This document shows, one piece after another, positions 1 through 7,905 of a stretch of DNA of 40,000 bases (positions are counted from its first letter, which is position 1; the number at the start of each line of letters is the position of its first letter). The notes beneath the pieces were generated by a model. That model did no database searches and was not told where the DNA came from. It was given only the letters and a program-made list of their open reading frames with translations. A program made the translations under genes and the position numbers. The stretch comes from Methyloligella sp. GL2 (GTDB taxonomy: Bacteria; Pseudomonadota; Alphaproteobacteria; Rhizobiales; Methyloligellaceae), in NCBI RefSeq assembly GCF_013341275.1, contig NZ_CP054476.1:2118988-2158987 (forward strand), read 5' to 3'.

Positions 1-22
1 TGCGATCCGCGAGGTGTCCCCC

Positions 23-553
23 CTACTCCACCTTGCGGATCGCCACGTTGATGCGCGGCGCGACGACGCCGGTGAGCTGCAGCAATACCGGTTTGGCTTC
101 GACCTCGAAGCGTACGCTCTTCTTCACGCCGCGGCAGTGGGGCGCGCCGGAGTGATCGCTGGATTCGATGGCCTTGCCGTCCTGCACCAGCTCGATCCAG
201 CCGCCCGACGAGATGGTGACTTGATAAAGCCCGGGGCTTTCCGGCGCCGCAAACCGGACCGTGCCGGCGTAATCCCCGACGAGATAGGTCTCAGGCTTTA
301 CCGCCAGCTCGACCTTGTCTTTCCGCTCCAGGCCGAGCTGGAAGGCGGTCTCATGCAGCGCACCTTCTTCGGCCCCGGAGGCAAGCTTCGGCAAGTCCTC
401 CGCCTGGAAGGCCGCCTGCTCGGCCGCGAGAGACCATTTCATGCCCTCGCAATCGCCCGCCTCCTCGGCCAGGACACCGCTGCTACCGGCAAAGCTCAGC
501 ATGGCGAGGCCGAGCCCGACCAAAGCGGATCGTGTTTTCCCGTTGATGCGCAT
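23..553 (-). CDS. secreted hypothetical protein (176 aa), co-transcribed with the TonB-dependent receptor
   Basis: N-terminal signal-peptide-like segment (MRINGKTRSALVGLGLAMLSFAGSSGVLA). Two Cys and an HSGAPHC motif. Its ATG (553-551) shares one base with the receptor TGA (555-553). No family recognised. Confidence 0.6.
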   Translation of the reverse strand: MRINGKTRSALVGLGLAMLSFAGSSGVLAEEAGDCEGMKWSLAAEQAAFQAEDLPKLASGAEEGALHETAFQLGLERKDKVELAVKPETYLVGDYAGTVRFAAPESPGLYQVTISSGGWIELVQDGKAIESSDHSGAPHCRGVKKSVRFEVEAKPVLLQLTGVVAPRINVAIRKVE

Positions 554-2859
554 CAGAAGGTCGCTTTGAGGTTGGCATAGAACATACGTCCGGCCTCCGG
601 GAAGCCTTCGGTCAGCTCATAATTCTGATCCAGAAGGTTGGTGGCGCCGAGGCCTACCGTCACAGTGTCGGAGTAACGATACTCCGCCTGCAGGTTGACC
701 AGGGCGTAGGAGCCGAGGCTGGCATAGTTCGGCGTGCGTGGCAGCGCGCCCGAAAGCAGCGAGCTCGAAGAGCTTGTGATCAGGCTGTAGCGGCTGGAGG
801 CGAGCTCCAGATTGGGCGTGATGGTCAGCTTGTCGGTGGCATCCCAGGCCAGATAGACGAAGCCCTCGTGCTGGGGCGTACCTTCCGGTTTAGCGCCTTT
901 GGTCTCGTAGTCGAAATCGCGGTTCAGATACGTGTAGTTGCCGCCGACACGCAGCCGCTTATTGATGGTCCAGTCGACAGAGAATTCGACGCCCTTATAG
1001 GTGCCATCGATATTCTGGTTCTGGATTGCGGTGCTGCCGCTGCTGGAGACATAGACCGGCTGAATCGAATCCTTCAGGTCGGAATAGAACACCGCGCCGG
1101 AGAGCTTCACCGTATTGTTGAATAGCGTGTCGCTCGCGCCAATCTCGTAATTGATCGCCCGCTCCGGCCCCAAATCGGGGTTCGGGTCGACCAGGCCGAA
1201 GCGCGTGCTGAAGCGCTCGAACATGGTCGGGAAGCGGGTCCGGTCGGAGACGGTGGCGTGCAGCTTTCCGGTGTCGGAATAGCTGTAGATGGCGCCGCCC
1301 TGATAGTCGAAGGCGTGGGTGGTCGAGGTCGGGTAGTTGAACAGCCCGTCGTCATAGTCTTGCGCCTGCACCACTTCGAGCTGGTTGAAGGCGATGCCGC
1401 CGATGAAGTCGAGGCGCGATGTGGCGTGGAAGGTGTTCTCCGCCGCGACCGACCAGGTATCCTCGACATTCTCCTGCACCGGCTCGACGAAATTGGAGCC
1501 ATCCGGTGCATCGTGGGACCATTCCTTGTGGTCGTCGCGCCGGTAATGCACCGCGGTCTTGAAGGTGTTCATCGGCATCAGATCCGTGCCGAACTCCACC
1601 GAGCCGCCATAGGCGTAATCCTGATAGTAGCTGTTGAAGGTGCGGAAGCCTTCCTGCGTCGTGTAGCTCGCATCGTCATAGGACGAGAGCAGATTGTCGA
1701 AGGTGTTGTAGTAGGCGTTGGTCTTCACATAGGACTTGTTGCCGAGCTTGGTCTTCGACAGCCAAGCCGCGCTCTGCATGTCCCAATAGGGCCAGCTCCA
1801 ATAGCGCGGGCCCTGCACCACCTGCCCCTTCACATGCAGAGGCGCGCTCTTGTCGCCGGATTGCTTGGTGTAGTTGAAGCTGTATTCGTCGGTGGCGTTC
1901 GGGGTGATGCCGAACTTGGCGTTCAGCCGCCAATCCTTGGCGTTGGAATGATTGCGCGCGCCGCCATCTTCGTTCGCCCGCAGCACAGGATCGAAATCCT
2001 CCGACATCCACCAGTGATCCTGGTCGCGGATGGTGCCGCTGACCTGCGCGTAATAATGCTTCTGCCTCGTGCCGGTGAAGGCATAGCCGTTCCAGACCGC
2101 CAGCGAGCCGAGATCGCCGTCGAACTCGAAGCCGGTCCGGGCTTCGATCTCCAGCGGCTTGGTGGGACGGCGGGACACCATGTTGATGGCGCCGCCCATG
2201 CCGCCCGGTCCGTCGAGCACCGAGACGTAGCCCTTCTGCACCTGGATCTCGGAGAGGTCGGGGGTGAGGAAGCGGTTATAGTCCAGCCGGTTGTCGGCGG
2301 GCAGGTAAAGCCGCACGCCGTCCATGTAGAGCGGCACGCGATAGCGATTGAAGCCGCGCACGAAGATGTCGCGCTCGTTCCGGCTGCCGCCGGTATTCTG
2401 CATGGTCACGCCGGGCACGATGCTGAGCGCCTGATCGAGCGTGTTCTTGTTGTAGGTCCACATCGTCTTGTTGGTGATGACGCTGCCGCCGATCTGGTCG
2501 AGCTCGCCGAGGGTGAAGATGCCCCGTGCGCCCGGATCGCCTGCGACCGTGGCCTCGCTCCCCTGCTCGGCGGTGCCCGGCGCCCCGCCGGTGGCCGGCG
2601 CGGGCGTGCTGGCCGGCGCATAGGTTCGCGGCCTCGCCGGTGCGGGCGGTTCGGCCACCACCACGATGGGCGGCAGCACGCTAACGTCGGAGGCGGAGTA
2701 ATCGCCGCCGGAGGTCAGGTCGGCCGGTACGCCAGCGGCGCCATTGATGATCGAGGTCTGAGACGATGGATCCTGAGACGCCTCTTGAGCGTGCCCGGAA
2801 AAAGGCACAACGAGACTGGTCGCGGCGCTCAGCAGCGCCACGCGCGAGAATTGCAACAC
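553..2859 (-). CDS. TonB-dependent outer-membrane receptor (768 aa)
   Basis: Signal peptide, then a Pro/Ala-rich linker with a TonB-box-like LPPIVVVA. Plug-domain motifs (IFVRGF, PLYMDGVRL, VLDGPGGMGGAINMV). Beta-barrel ending in the canonical terminal aromatic (YANLKATF). GTG start. Confidence 0.9.
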   Translation of the reverse strand: MLQFSRVALLSAATSLVVPFSGHAQEASQDPSSQTSIINGAAGVPADLTSGGDYSASDVSVLPPIVVVAEPPAPARPRTYAPASTPAPATGGAPGTAEQGSEATVAGDPGARGIFTLGELDQIGGSVITNKTMWTYNKNTLDQALSIVPGVTMQNTGGSRNERDIFVRGFNRYRVPLYMDGVRLYLPADNRLDYNRFLTPDLSEIQVQKGYVSVLDGPGGMGGAINMVSRRPTKPLEIEARTGFEFDGDLGSLAVWNGYAFTGTRQKHYYAQVSGTIRDQDHWWMSEDFDPVLRANEDGGARNHSNAKDWRLNAKFGITPNATDEYSFNYTKQSGDKSAPLHVKGQVVQGPRYWSWPYWDMQSAAWLSKTKLGNKSYVKTNAYYNTFDNLLSSYDDASYTTQEGFRTFNSYYQDYAYGGSVEFGTDLMPMNTFKTAVHYRRDDHKEWSHDAPDGSNFVEPVQENVEDTWSVAAENTFHATSRLDFIGGIAFNQLEVVQAQDYDDGLFNYPTSTTHAFDYQGGAIYSYSDTGKLHATVSDRTRFPTMFERFSTRFGLVDPNPDLGPERAINYEIGASDTLFNNTVKLSGAVFYSDLKDSIQPVYVSSSGSTAIQNQNIDGTYKGVEFSVDWTINKRLRVGGNYTYLNRDFDYETKGAKPEGTPQHEGFVYLAWDATDKLTITPNLELASSRYSLITSSSSSLLSGALPRTPNYASLGSYALVNLQAEYRYSDTVTVGLGATNLLDQNYELTEGFPEAGRMFYANLKATF

Positions 2860-2893
2860 GGAAAGCCCCCCGGCTATGTATGTTTTATGACGG

Positions 2894-2917
2894 CGTTATA
2901 TCGTTAACGATATAGCG
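2894..2917. promoter_or_regulatory. Mo-box-like (ModE-type) operator palindrome
   Basis: CGTTATAT-CGTTAACG-ATATAGCG. The core TATATCGTTAACGATATA (2897-2914) is a perfect 18-bp palindrome. It has the 8+8+8 architecture and the left half-site CGTTATAT that I recall for the E. coli modA operator. It lies about 35-60 nt upstream of the receptor start and about 90 nt upstream of the ModE-like gene. Confidence 0.55.
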
Positions 2918-3009
2918 AGTCGAGACGCTAGGAGGCAAGCGCGAATTTACGCGCCCTGCGGCGCTGTTATATTGGCCGGCGAATCCGATGCGCTAAGAGG
3001 ACGAAGCAT

Positions 3010-3423
3010 TTGAGCGCGAAAGCAAAGCCTGCTGCCGAGACGGCAGCGCAAAAGCCGAAGCCGCGCAAGCGCAAGGCGAACCCGAACAGGGTGCCGCGTT
3101 TGCGCATCCGGATCGGCGAAGGGCTGGTGCTCGGTCCCGGCAAGGTCGATCTGTTGGAGACCATCGATCGGACGGGGTCGATCTCGGCGGCGGGGCGCGA
3201 GATGGGCATGTCCTACCGGCGGGCCTGGCTTCTGGTCGATGCGCTGAACCACATGTTCGCCGAACCTTTGGTCGTCGCTTCCCCCGGCGGGGCGAGCGGC
3301 GGCGGCGCTTCGGTTACCGATTACGGGCGCGCCGTGGCGGCCGCCTATCGCCGCGCCGAGGACCGCACGCAAGCGATCATCGAAGAAGAGCTCGGCACGC
3401 TGCCGCAAAGCGCAAAAGACTAG
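3010..3423 (+). CDS. ModE N-terminal-domain-like winged-HTH regulator, no Mop/TOBE domain (137 aa)
   Basis: GSISAAGREMGMSYRRAWLLVDALN ... GGASGGGASVTDYG matches the ModE N-terminal pattern (GSIS..A...G.SY..AW ... GG..GGGA.lT.yG). TTG start with AAGAGGA 8-9 nt upstream. Lys/Pro-rich 30-aa N-terminal extension. The protein ends before any molybdate-binding domain. Confidence 0.8.
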   Translation: MSAKAKPAAETAAQKPKPRKRKANPNRVPRLRIRIGEGLVLGPGKVDLLETIDRTGSISAAGREMGMSYRRAWLLVDALNHMFAEPLVVASPGGASGGGASVTDYGRAVAAAYRRAEDRTQAIIEEELGTLPQSAKD

Positions 3424-3671
3424 CGGGCCGCAATCGCGCCTTCGCTTTACCTCGAAAACGCCCTCAAAGCGGCCGCAATGGCGGCTAGGCAAAACGTTCG
3501 GCATCGCTGCGGTGCCGGAACTTGCTGATTGCTGCGCGGTTTATGAGGTGCTCGTCGACGGAACGGGGGGCTTGGGCCGTTTTTTCAGTATCGGTCCTTT
3601 GCACTTCCCTCTCGTTTTGAACGTTCCGCGGCTGCCTTGTTGGGGCACCTCCTTGGGGCATGGCTGAGTGA

Positions 3672-5090
3672 ATGGAACGCGAAGACCAGAATACCGATTC
3701 GAGTCCGCCCGCTAAGACGGGCACCGAACACCACACCGTCATCGACCGGATTTTCGGCTGGGCCGCATTGGCAGGGGGGCTGGCGCTCGCGTTTATCGCC
3801 GGCAGCTGCCTCACCGCGGCCGACACTTTTCCGGGCAAGCAGATCGCCAACGCCTATCAGGGCGGCAAGGCGCTCTACGAGCAGGCTACCCGCTATGCCG
3901 ACGTGTTCAAGACCGACCTCTGGTACGAGGCGCGCACGGCGGAGCGCGGCGTGGTGGCGAACCAGCCCGACAGAATCGCGCCGGGCGTGACGCTCTATAC
4001 CTCCGGCGAAGAGGCGAAAGCGGTTCTGCTCGGCGCCGATGGCGAGGTACTGCATGAATGGCACCGGCCGTTCAGCACGGTGTGGGACCCCGCACGATCG
4101 AGCATCAAGCAGCCGCAGCCCGATTCCCACGTCTATTTCCGCAAGGCGAAGATGTTTCCCAATGGCGATCTGCTCGCCATCTATGAGGGCAGCGGCGACA
4201 CGCCTTACGGCTATGGCATGGTCAAGCTCGACTGGAACTCCAACGTGCTGTGGAGCTTCTTCGGCCGCACCCATCACGATTTCGACGTCGGGCCGGACGG
4301 GCGCATCTATGTACTGACCCACGGTTTCGAGACCAAGAAAGACCCCTACTTCACCAATCTGGCGGCGACGCGCCTGCTCGATTCCCTGGCGATCCTGTCG
4401 CCGGACGGCGCGCTGCTCGACACTATCCCGCTGTTCGATGCGGTGGTGAACTCCCGCTACAAGCAGCTGATCCACACCGTGTCGAAATACGCCGTCGCCG
4501 ATCCGCTGCATGCCAACGACGTGGATGTGATCACGCCGGAGATGGCTAAGAACTTCCCCTTCGGCGAGCCGGGGCAGCTTCTGGTCTCCTTCCGCGAGCT
4601 CGGCGCGGTGGGTGTGCTGGACCCGAAGACCAAGACGATGGTCTGGGCGACGCGCGGCCCGTGGCTCGGCCAGCACGATCCCGACATTCTGCCCAACGGG
4701 CACATCCTTCTGTTCGACAATTACGGCCAGTTCGGCACCCCGAAATCCACCACCCGAATCCTCGAATTCGATCCCGCCACCATGGAGATCGTCTGGCAGT
4801 ACGGCGGAACCGCCGATCATCCGCTGGGTTCTCTCATACGTGGGTCGCAGGAACGCCTCGAGAATGGGAACACCCTGATCACCGAATCGAGCGCCGGACG
4901 CATTCTCGAAGTGACGCCCGAGGGGCGCATCGTTTGGGAATATGTCGTGCCGGTGCGCGATGGGCCCGCCGGTCAGCCGCCCAAGCTTCCGATCACCTGC
5001 TGGGCGCAACGGCTGGATCCTTCCAGCTTCGATCCGAAGCTTCTCACCACCGAATTGAGCCAGGTGGAACATAAGGAGGAAACGCAATGA
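3672..5090 (+). CDS. arylsulfotransferase-family (ASST-like beta-propeller) protein with N-terminal membrane anchor (472 aa)
   Basis: One TM helix (IFGWAALAGGLALAFIAGSCL). Repeated propeller-type motifs (HHDFDVGPDGRIYVL, HANDVDVI, NGHILLFDN, NGNTLITESSAGRILEVTPEGRIVWEY) typical of proteins annotated as arylsulfotransferase family. Confidence 0.7.
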   Translation: MEREDQNTDSSPPAKTGTEHHTVIDRIFGWAALAGGLALAFIAGSCLTAADTFPGKQIANAYQGGKALYEQATRYADVFKTDLWYEARTAERGVVANQPDRIAPGVTLYTSGEEAKAVLLGADGEVLHEWHRPFSTVWDPARSSIKQPQPDSHVYFRKAKMFPNGDLLAIYEGSGDTPYGYGMVKLDWNSNVLWSFFGRTHHDFDVGPDGRIYVLTHGFETKKDPYFTNLAATRLLDSLAILSPDGALLDTIPLFDAVVNSRYKQLIHTVSKYAVADPLHANDVDVITPEMAKNFPFGEPGQLLVSFRELGAVGVLDPKTKTMVWATRGPWLGQHDPDILPNGHILLFDNYGQFGTPKSTTRILEFDPATMEIVWQYGGTADHPLGSLIRGSQERLENGNTLITESSAGRILEVTPEGRIVWEYVVPVRDGPAGQPPKLPITCWAQRLDPSSFDPKLLTTELSQVEHKEETQ

Positions 5091-5341
5091 AACGTCTTGT
5101 CTCCGTCCTTGCTTTGACGGCACTCGCCGCGAGCTTCTCGACCGCCGCGAGTGCCTATGTCGGCCCCGGCGCCGGGCTCAGCATGCTGGGTGCGTTCTGG
5201 GCACTGATCGTCGCGCTCGGCACCGCGCTGTTCTTCGTGGTGGCCTGGCCGGTGCGCAAGATGCTGCGCCGCTCGCGCAATTCCGGCGCGGCCGAGACCG
5301 GAGCTGCGACGGACGACGCGCAGCGCCCGGACGCCGCGTAA
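5087..5341 (+). CDS. small membrane protein, unknown function (84 aa)
   Basis: ATGA overlap with the upstream stop (5087-5090). Signal or TM segment, then YVGPGAGLSMLGAFWALIVALGTALFFVVAW followed by a basic stretch. Position inside the operon supports coding. Confidence 0.55.
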   Translation: MKRLVSVLALTALAASFSTAASAYVGPGAGLSMLGAFWALIVALGTALFFVVAWPVRKMLRRSRNSGAAETGAATDDAQRPDAA

Positions 5342-5355
5342 GGCGGACGGCTCGC

Positions 5356-6075
5356 ATGGGATTGTTCGATCTGCCATCGCCGGTTTTCGATTATGTCGAC
5401 GGCGCGCTGCTCGGCACGCTGGCGCCGGCTTTGCGCATCGTGATCTGGGCCGCGCTCGGCGCCCTGCTCTCGATGGAGCTGTACCGGGTGCTGTCGCCGC
5501 AAGCCAAGGCCAAGGCGCTGAAGTTGGAACTGCGCGAAGCCCAGCAGAAAGTCGCAAGCTTCGACGGCGAGTTCGAAGATGCCTGGCCGCTGATCAAGCG
5601 GATGCTGGGGCTCGCCTTCAAGCGCATCTTTCTGATCTTCCCCTCCACGCTGATCGCCTCGCTGCCGCTGCTGTTCCTCGTGGTCTGGCTCGATAGCAGC
5701 TACGGCCACCGCTTCCCGGAATTCGGCGAGCCGGCCTCGGTGGAAGCGCCGGCGCCGTTCGAGGGAAAATGGATCGACCGGGGGGAGGACGGCACGCCGC
5801 GGGCGCAAGTCCTCGACAAAGGCAAGGTGGTGGTGGATACACCGCTGAAGGCCGCGATCCCAGTCGTCCACAAGTGGCATTGGTGGAACTTGCTTCTGGG
5901 CAATCGGGCCGGTTACCTCACAGGCGATGCGCCCATCGAGCAAATCTCGATCGGCCTGCCGCAGCGCGACATCTTCACAACAGGGCCGGATTGGGTGCGT
6001 GGCTGGGCGCCCGCCTTCTTCTTGGCCGTACTGCTTTTCGCGATGACGTTGAAATGGATCAGACGAATAGAATAG
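5356..6075 (+). CDS. membrane protein, unknown function (239 aa)
   Basis: AAGGCGGA RBS upstream of the ATG. At least three hydrophobic helices. 3' end overlaps the next gene by 22 nt. No family recognised. Confidence 0.6.
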   Translation: MGLFDLPSPVFDYVDGALLGTLAPALRIVIWAALGALLSMELYRVLSPQAKAKALKLELREAQQKVASFDGEFEDAWPLIKRMLGLAFKRIFLIFPSTLIASLPLLFLVVWLDSSYGHRFPEFGEPASVEAPAPFEGKWIDRGEDGTPRAQVLDKGKVVVDTPLKAAIPVVHKWHWWNLLLGNRAGYLTGDAPIEQISIGLPQRDIFTTGPDWVRGWAPAFFLAVLLFAMTLKWIRRIE

Positions 6076-7220
6076 ATGCGCCGCGCGCGGCGCCCGCAGC
6101 TCCCGACACCGCCCCGGAGATCAGTCTTTGGACCGATCGCCTGGGCGGTTTTATCGAGCGCCATCCGAAACTGATGCGGAAGCTGGCGTCGTGGGAGAAC
6201 AAGGCGCTTGGCGAGCAGCTCGCCGAGACGCAGATTCGCGCGCCGGTCTACGTCACCGGGCTTGCCCGCTCCGGCAGCACGATTCTGCTGGAGCTGCTGA
6301 ACGCGCATCCGGCCTTCGCCAGCCACCGCTACCGCGATTTTCCGGCGGTGATGACGCCGTGGATGTGGAACTGGTTCGTGGACAAGGCCTCCCGCCGCGA
6401 GGCGGCGCCGGCCGAGCGCGCCCATAAGGACCGGCTCAAGGTCACGCCGGAGAGCCCGGAAGCCTTCGAGGAAGTCCTCTGGATGAACTTCTTCGAGGGG
6501 CTGCATGGCGGGGGCGCCGACGAGGTGCTGGACGAGGAGACCTCCAACCCCGAATTCGAGGCGTTCTACCGCGACCATATCCGCAAGATTTTGATGATCC
6601 GCGGCGGGGCACGCTATCTCGCCAAGGCGAATTACCACGTCACCCGACTCGCCTATCTCCACAAGCTGTTTCCCGATGCGCGCTTCGTGGTGCCGATCCG
6701 CGACCCGGTCTGGCATATCGCTTCGCTGATGAAGCAGCATTCGCTGTTCACCCGGCAGCAGGCTTACGATCCGCGGGTGTTGGATCATTTCCGGCGCGCC
6801 GGGCATTTCGAGTTCGGCCTGGGGCGCCGGGCCATTGCCGTCGGTCCGGAGGGCGGCGAGGACATCGAGCAGCTCTGGAAGACAGGCGAAGAGGCCGCCG
6901 GATGGGCGGCGCTGTGGAACCTGGTCTACGGCCATCTGGCCCATCAGCTGCAGTCCAATCCGGAGCTTCTGGCGGCCACCGTCATCGTCCGCTACGAGGA
7001 TCTTTGCGCCAATCCGCGGGCGACGTTCGGCGATATCCTGGCCCATTGCGGACTGAAATCGGGTGGGCTGGCCGATCTCGCCGCCTCCACATTGAGCGCG
7101 CCGGATTACTATCAGCCCAAATTCAGCCGGGCCGATCTGGACGAGATCGAGGCGCGCACGCGGGCCACGGCACGGCTGTTCGGCTATCAGGTCAGAGAGA
7201 AAGCGGCGGCCGGGAGCTAG
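6054..7220 (+). CDS. PAPS-type sulfotransferase family protein (388 aa)
   Basis: 5'-PSB P-loop motif GLARSGSTILLELLNAHP plus a downstream RDP motif (VVPIRDPVWHIASL). The internal ATG at 6054 was chosen because the upstream part of track ORF 5769-7220 is Arg/Gly-rich out-of-frame overlap with the previous gene. Confidence 0.8.
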   Translation: MDQTNRIDAPRAAPAAPDTAPEISLWTDRLGGFIERHPKLMRKLASWENKALGEQLAETQIRAPVYVTGLARSGSTILLELLNAHPAFASHRYRDFPAVMTPWMWNWFVDKASRREAAPAERAHKDRLKVTPESPEAFEEVLWMNFFEGLHGGGADEVLDEETSNPEFEAFYRDHIRKILMIRGGARYLAKANYHVTRLAYLHKLFPDARFVVPIRDPVWHIASLMKQHSLFTRQQAYDPRVLDHFRRAGHFEFGLGRRAIAVGPEGGEDIEQLWKTGEEAAGWAALWNLVYGHLAHQLQSNPELLAATVIVRYEDLCANPRATFGDILAHCGLKSGGLADLAASTLSAPDYYQPKFSRADLDEIEARTRATARLFGYQVREKAAAGS

Positions 7221-7249
7221 GCCGCCGCACGGCAGATGCGATTCCCCGC

Positions 7250-7738
7250 TTAGGCGGGGATGAATTTCAGCGCCACGCCGTTGATGCAGTAGCGCAAGCC
7301 CGTGGGCTTCGGCCCGTCCTCGAAGACATGGCCGAGATGACCGCCGCAGCGGCTGCAATGCACCTCCTGGCGCACCATGCCGAGGGACATATCGGTGTTC
7401 TGCTCCACGGCGCCCTTGATCGGTGCCCAGAAGCTCGGCCAGCCGGTGCCGCTGTCGAATTTGGTGTCGGAAGAGAAGAGCGGCAGGTCGCAACCGGCGC
7501 AGGCGAAGGTGCCTTTGCGCTTCTCGTCATTAAGCGGGCTGGTGAAGGGACGCTCGGTGCCCTCCTCCCGCAATACGTAATACTGCGTTGGCGTCAGCAG
7601 CTCTTTCCACTCTTCCTTGCTGTGAGTCACTTCGAACTCCTTGGTCTTGGCGAGGCTCGCGCGGGGCAGCAGATTGGCCGCACCGGCCGCGACCAGGACC
7701 AGCGCATTCCATCCAAATTGGCGTCTCGTGATGGTCAT
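7250..7738 (-). CDS. msrB: peptide-methionine (R)-S-oxide reductase MsrB with twin-arginine signal peptide
   Basis: Two CxxC zinc motifs (CAGC, CSRC), GWPSF, and catalytic [10 protein letters not shown]-terminus [30 protein letters not shown] resembles a Tat signal. ATG at 7738 preferred over the track start at 7798. Confidence 0.9.
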   Translation of the reverse strand: MTITRRQFGWNALVLVAAGAANLLPRASLAKTKEFEVTHSKEEWKELLTPTQYYVLREEGTERPFTSPLNDEKRKGTFACAGCDLPLFSSDTKFDSGTGWPSFWAPIKGAVEQNTDMSLGMVRQEVHCSRCGGHLGHVFEDGPKPTGLRYCINGVALKFIPA

Positions 7739-7905
7739 TGTTTTGTCCTCTCGCGCTTTAACCGCTTCGCCATTGTTGGCTGAGATTAAAATGGGCATTG
7801 TGGCAGCGCAGGTTCAAATCAACTTCAGTGCACGGGCGATCACGAGAGGTTTATAGGACCGGAGGGCTCCGCCACGGAGTTCGGCTTTAAGGGAATTCGC
7901 CGTCA

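Noticed and set aside
1258-2907. 549-aa plus-strand ORF covering the TonB-receptor locus
   Set aside because: This is an antisense shadow ORF of a clearly recognisable receptor gene. The product is Arg/Gly/Ala/Val-rich low-complexity sequence typical of the wrong strand in high-GC DNA, with no motifs and no RBS.
3517-3541. GGAAC-N16-GGTT box about 130 nt upstream of the sulfation operon
   Set aside because: Not called as a feature. The -10 deviates from CGTT, the element is isolated, and such near-matches are expected by chance in 40 kb. It is mentioned only as a testable hint under the sulfation finding.
3560-3587. Possible terminator after the ModE-like gene (acggggggcttgggccgtttttt)
   Set aside because: Only about 4 bp of real complementarity (ACGG/CCGT) before the T-run, which is too weak to support a terminator call.
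3585-5123. 512-aa minus-strand ORF opposite the arylsulfotransferase-family gene
   Set aside because: Shadow ORF. It has an Arg/Gly-rich composition and no recognisable domain, and the opposite strand has coherent propeller motifs and operon coupling.
5913-7493. 526-aa minus-strand ORF opposite the sulfotransferase gene, and the 5769 start of the plus-strand ORF
   Set aside because: The minus ORF is an Arg-rich shadow. The 5769-6053 extension of the plus ORF overlaps the preceding membrane-protein gene out of frame and is Gly/Arg-rich. The ATG at 6054 gives a normal sulfotransferase N-terminus.
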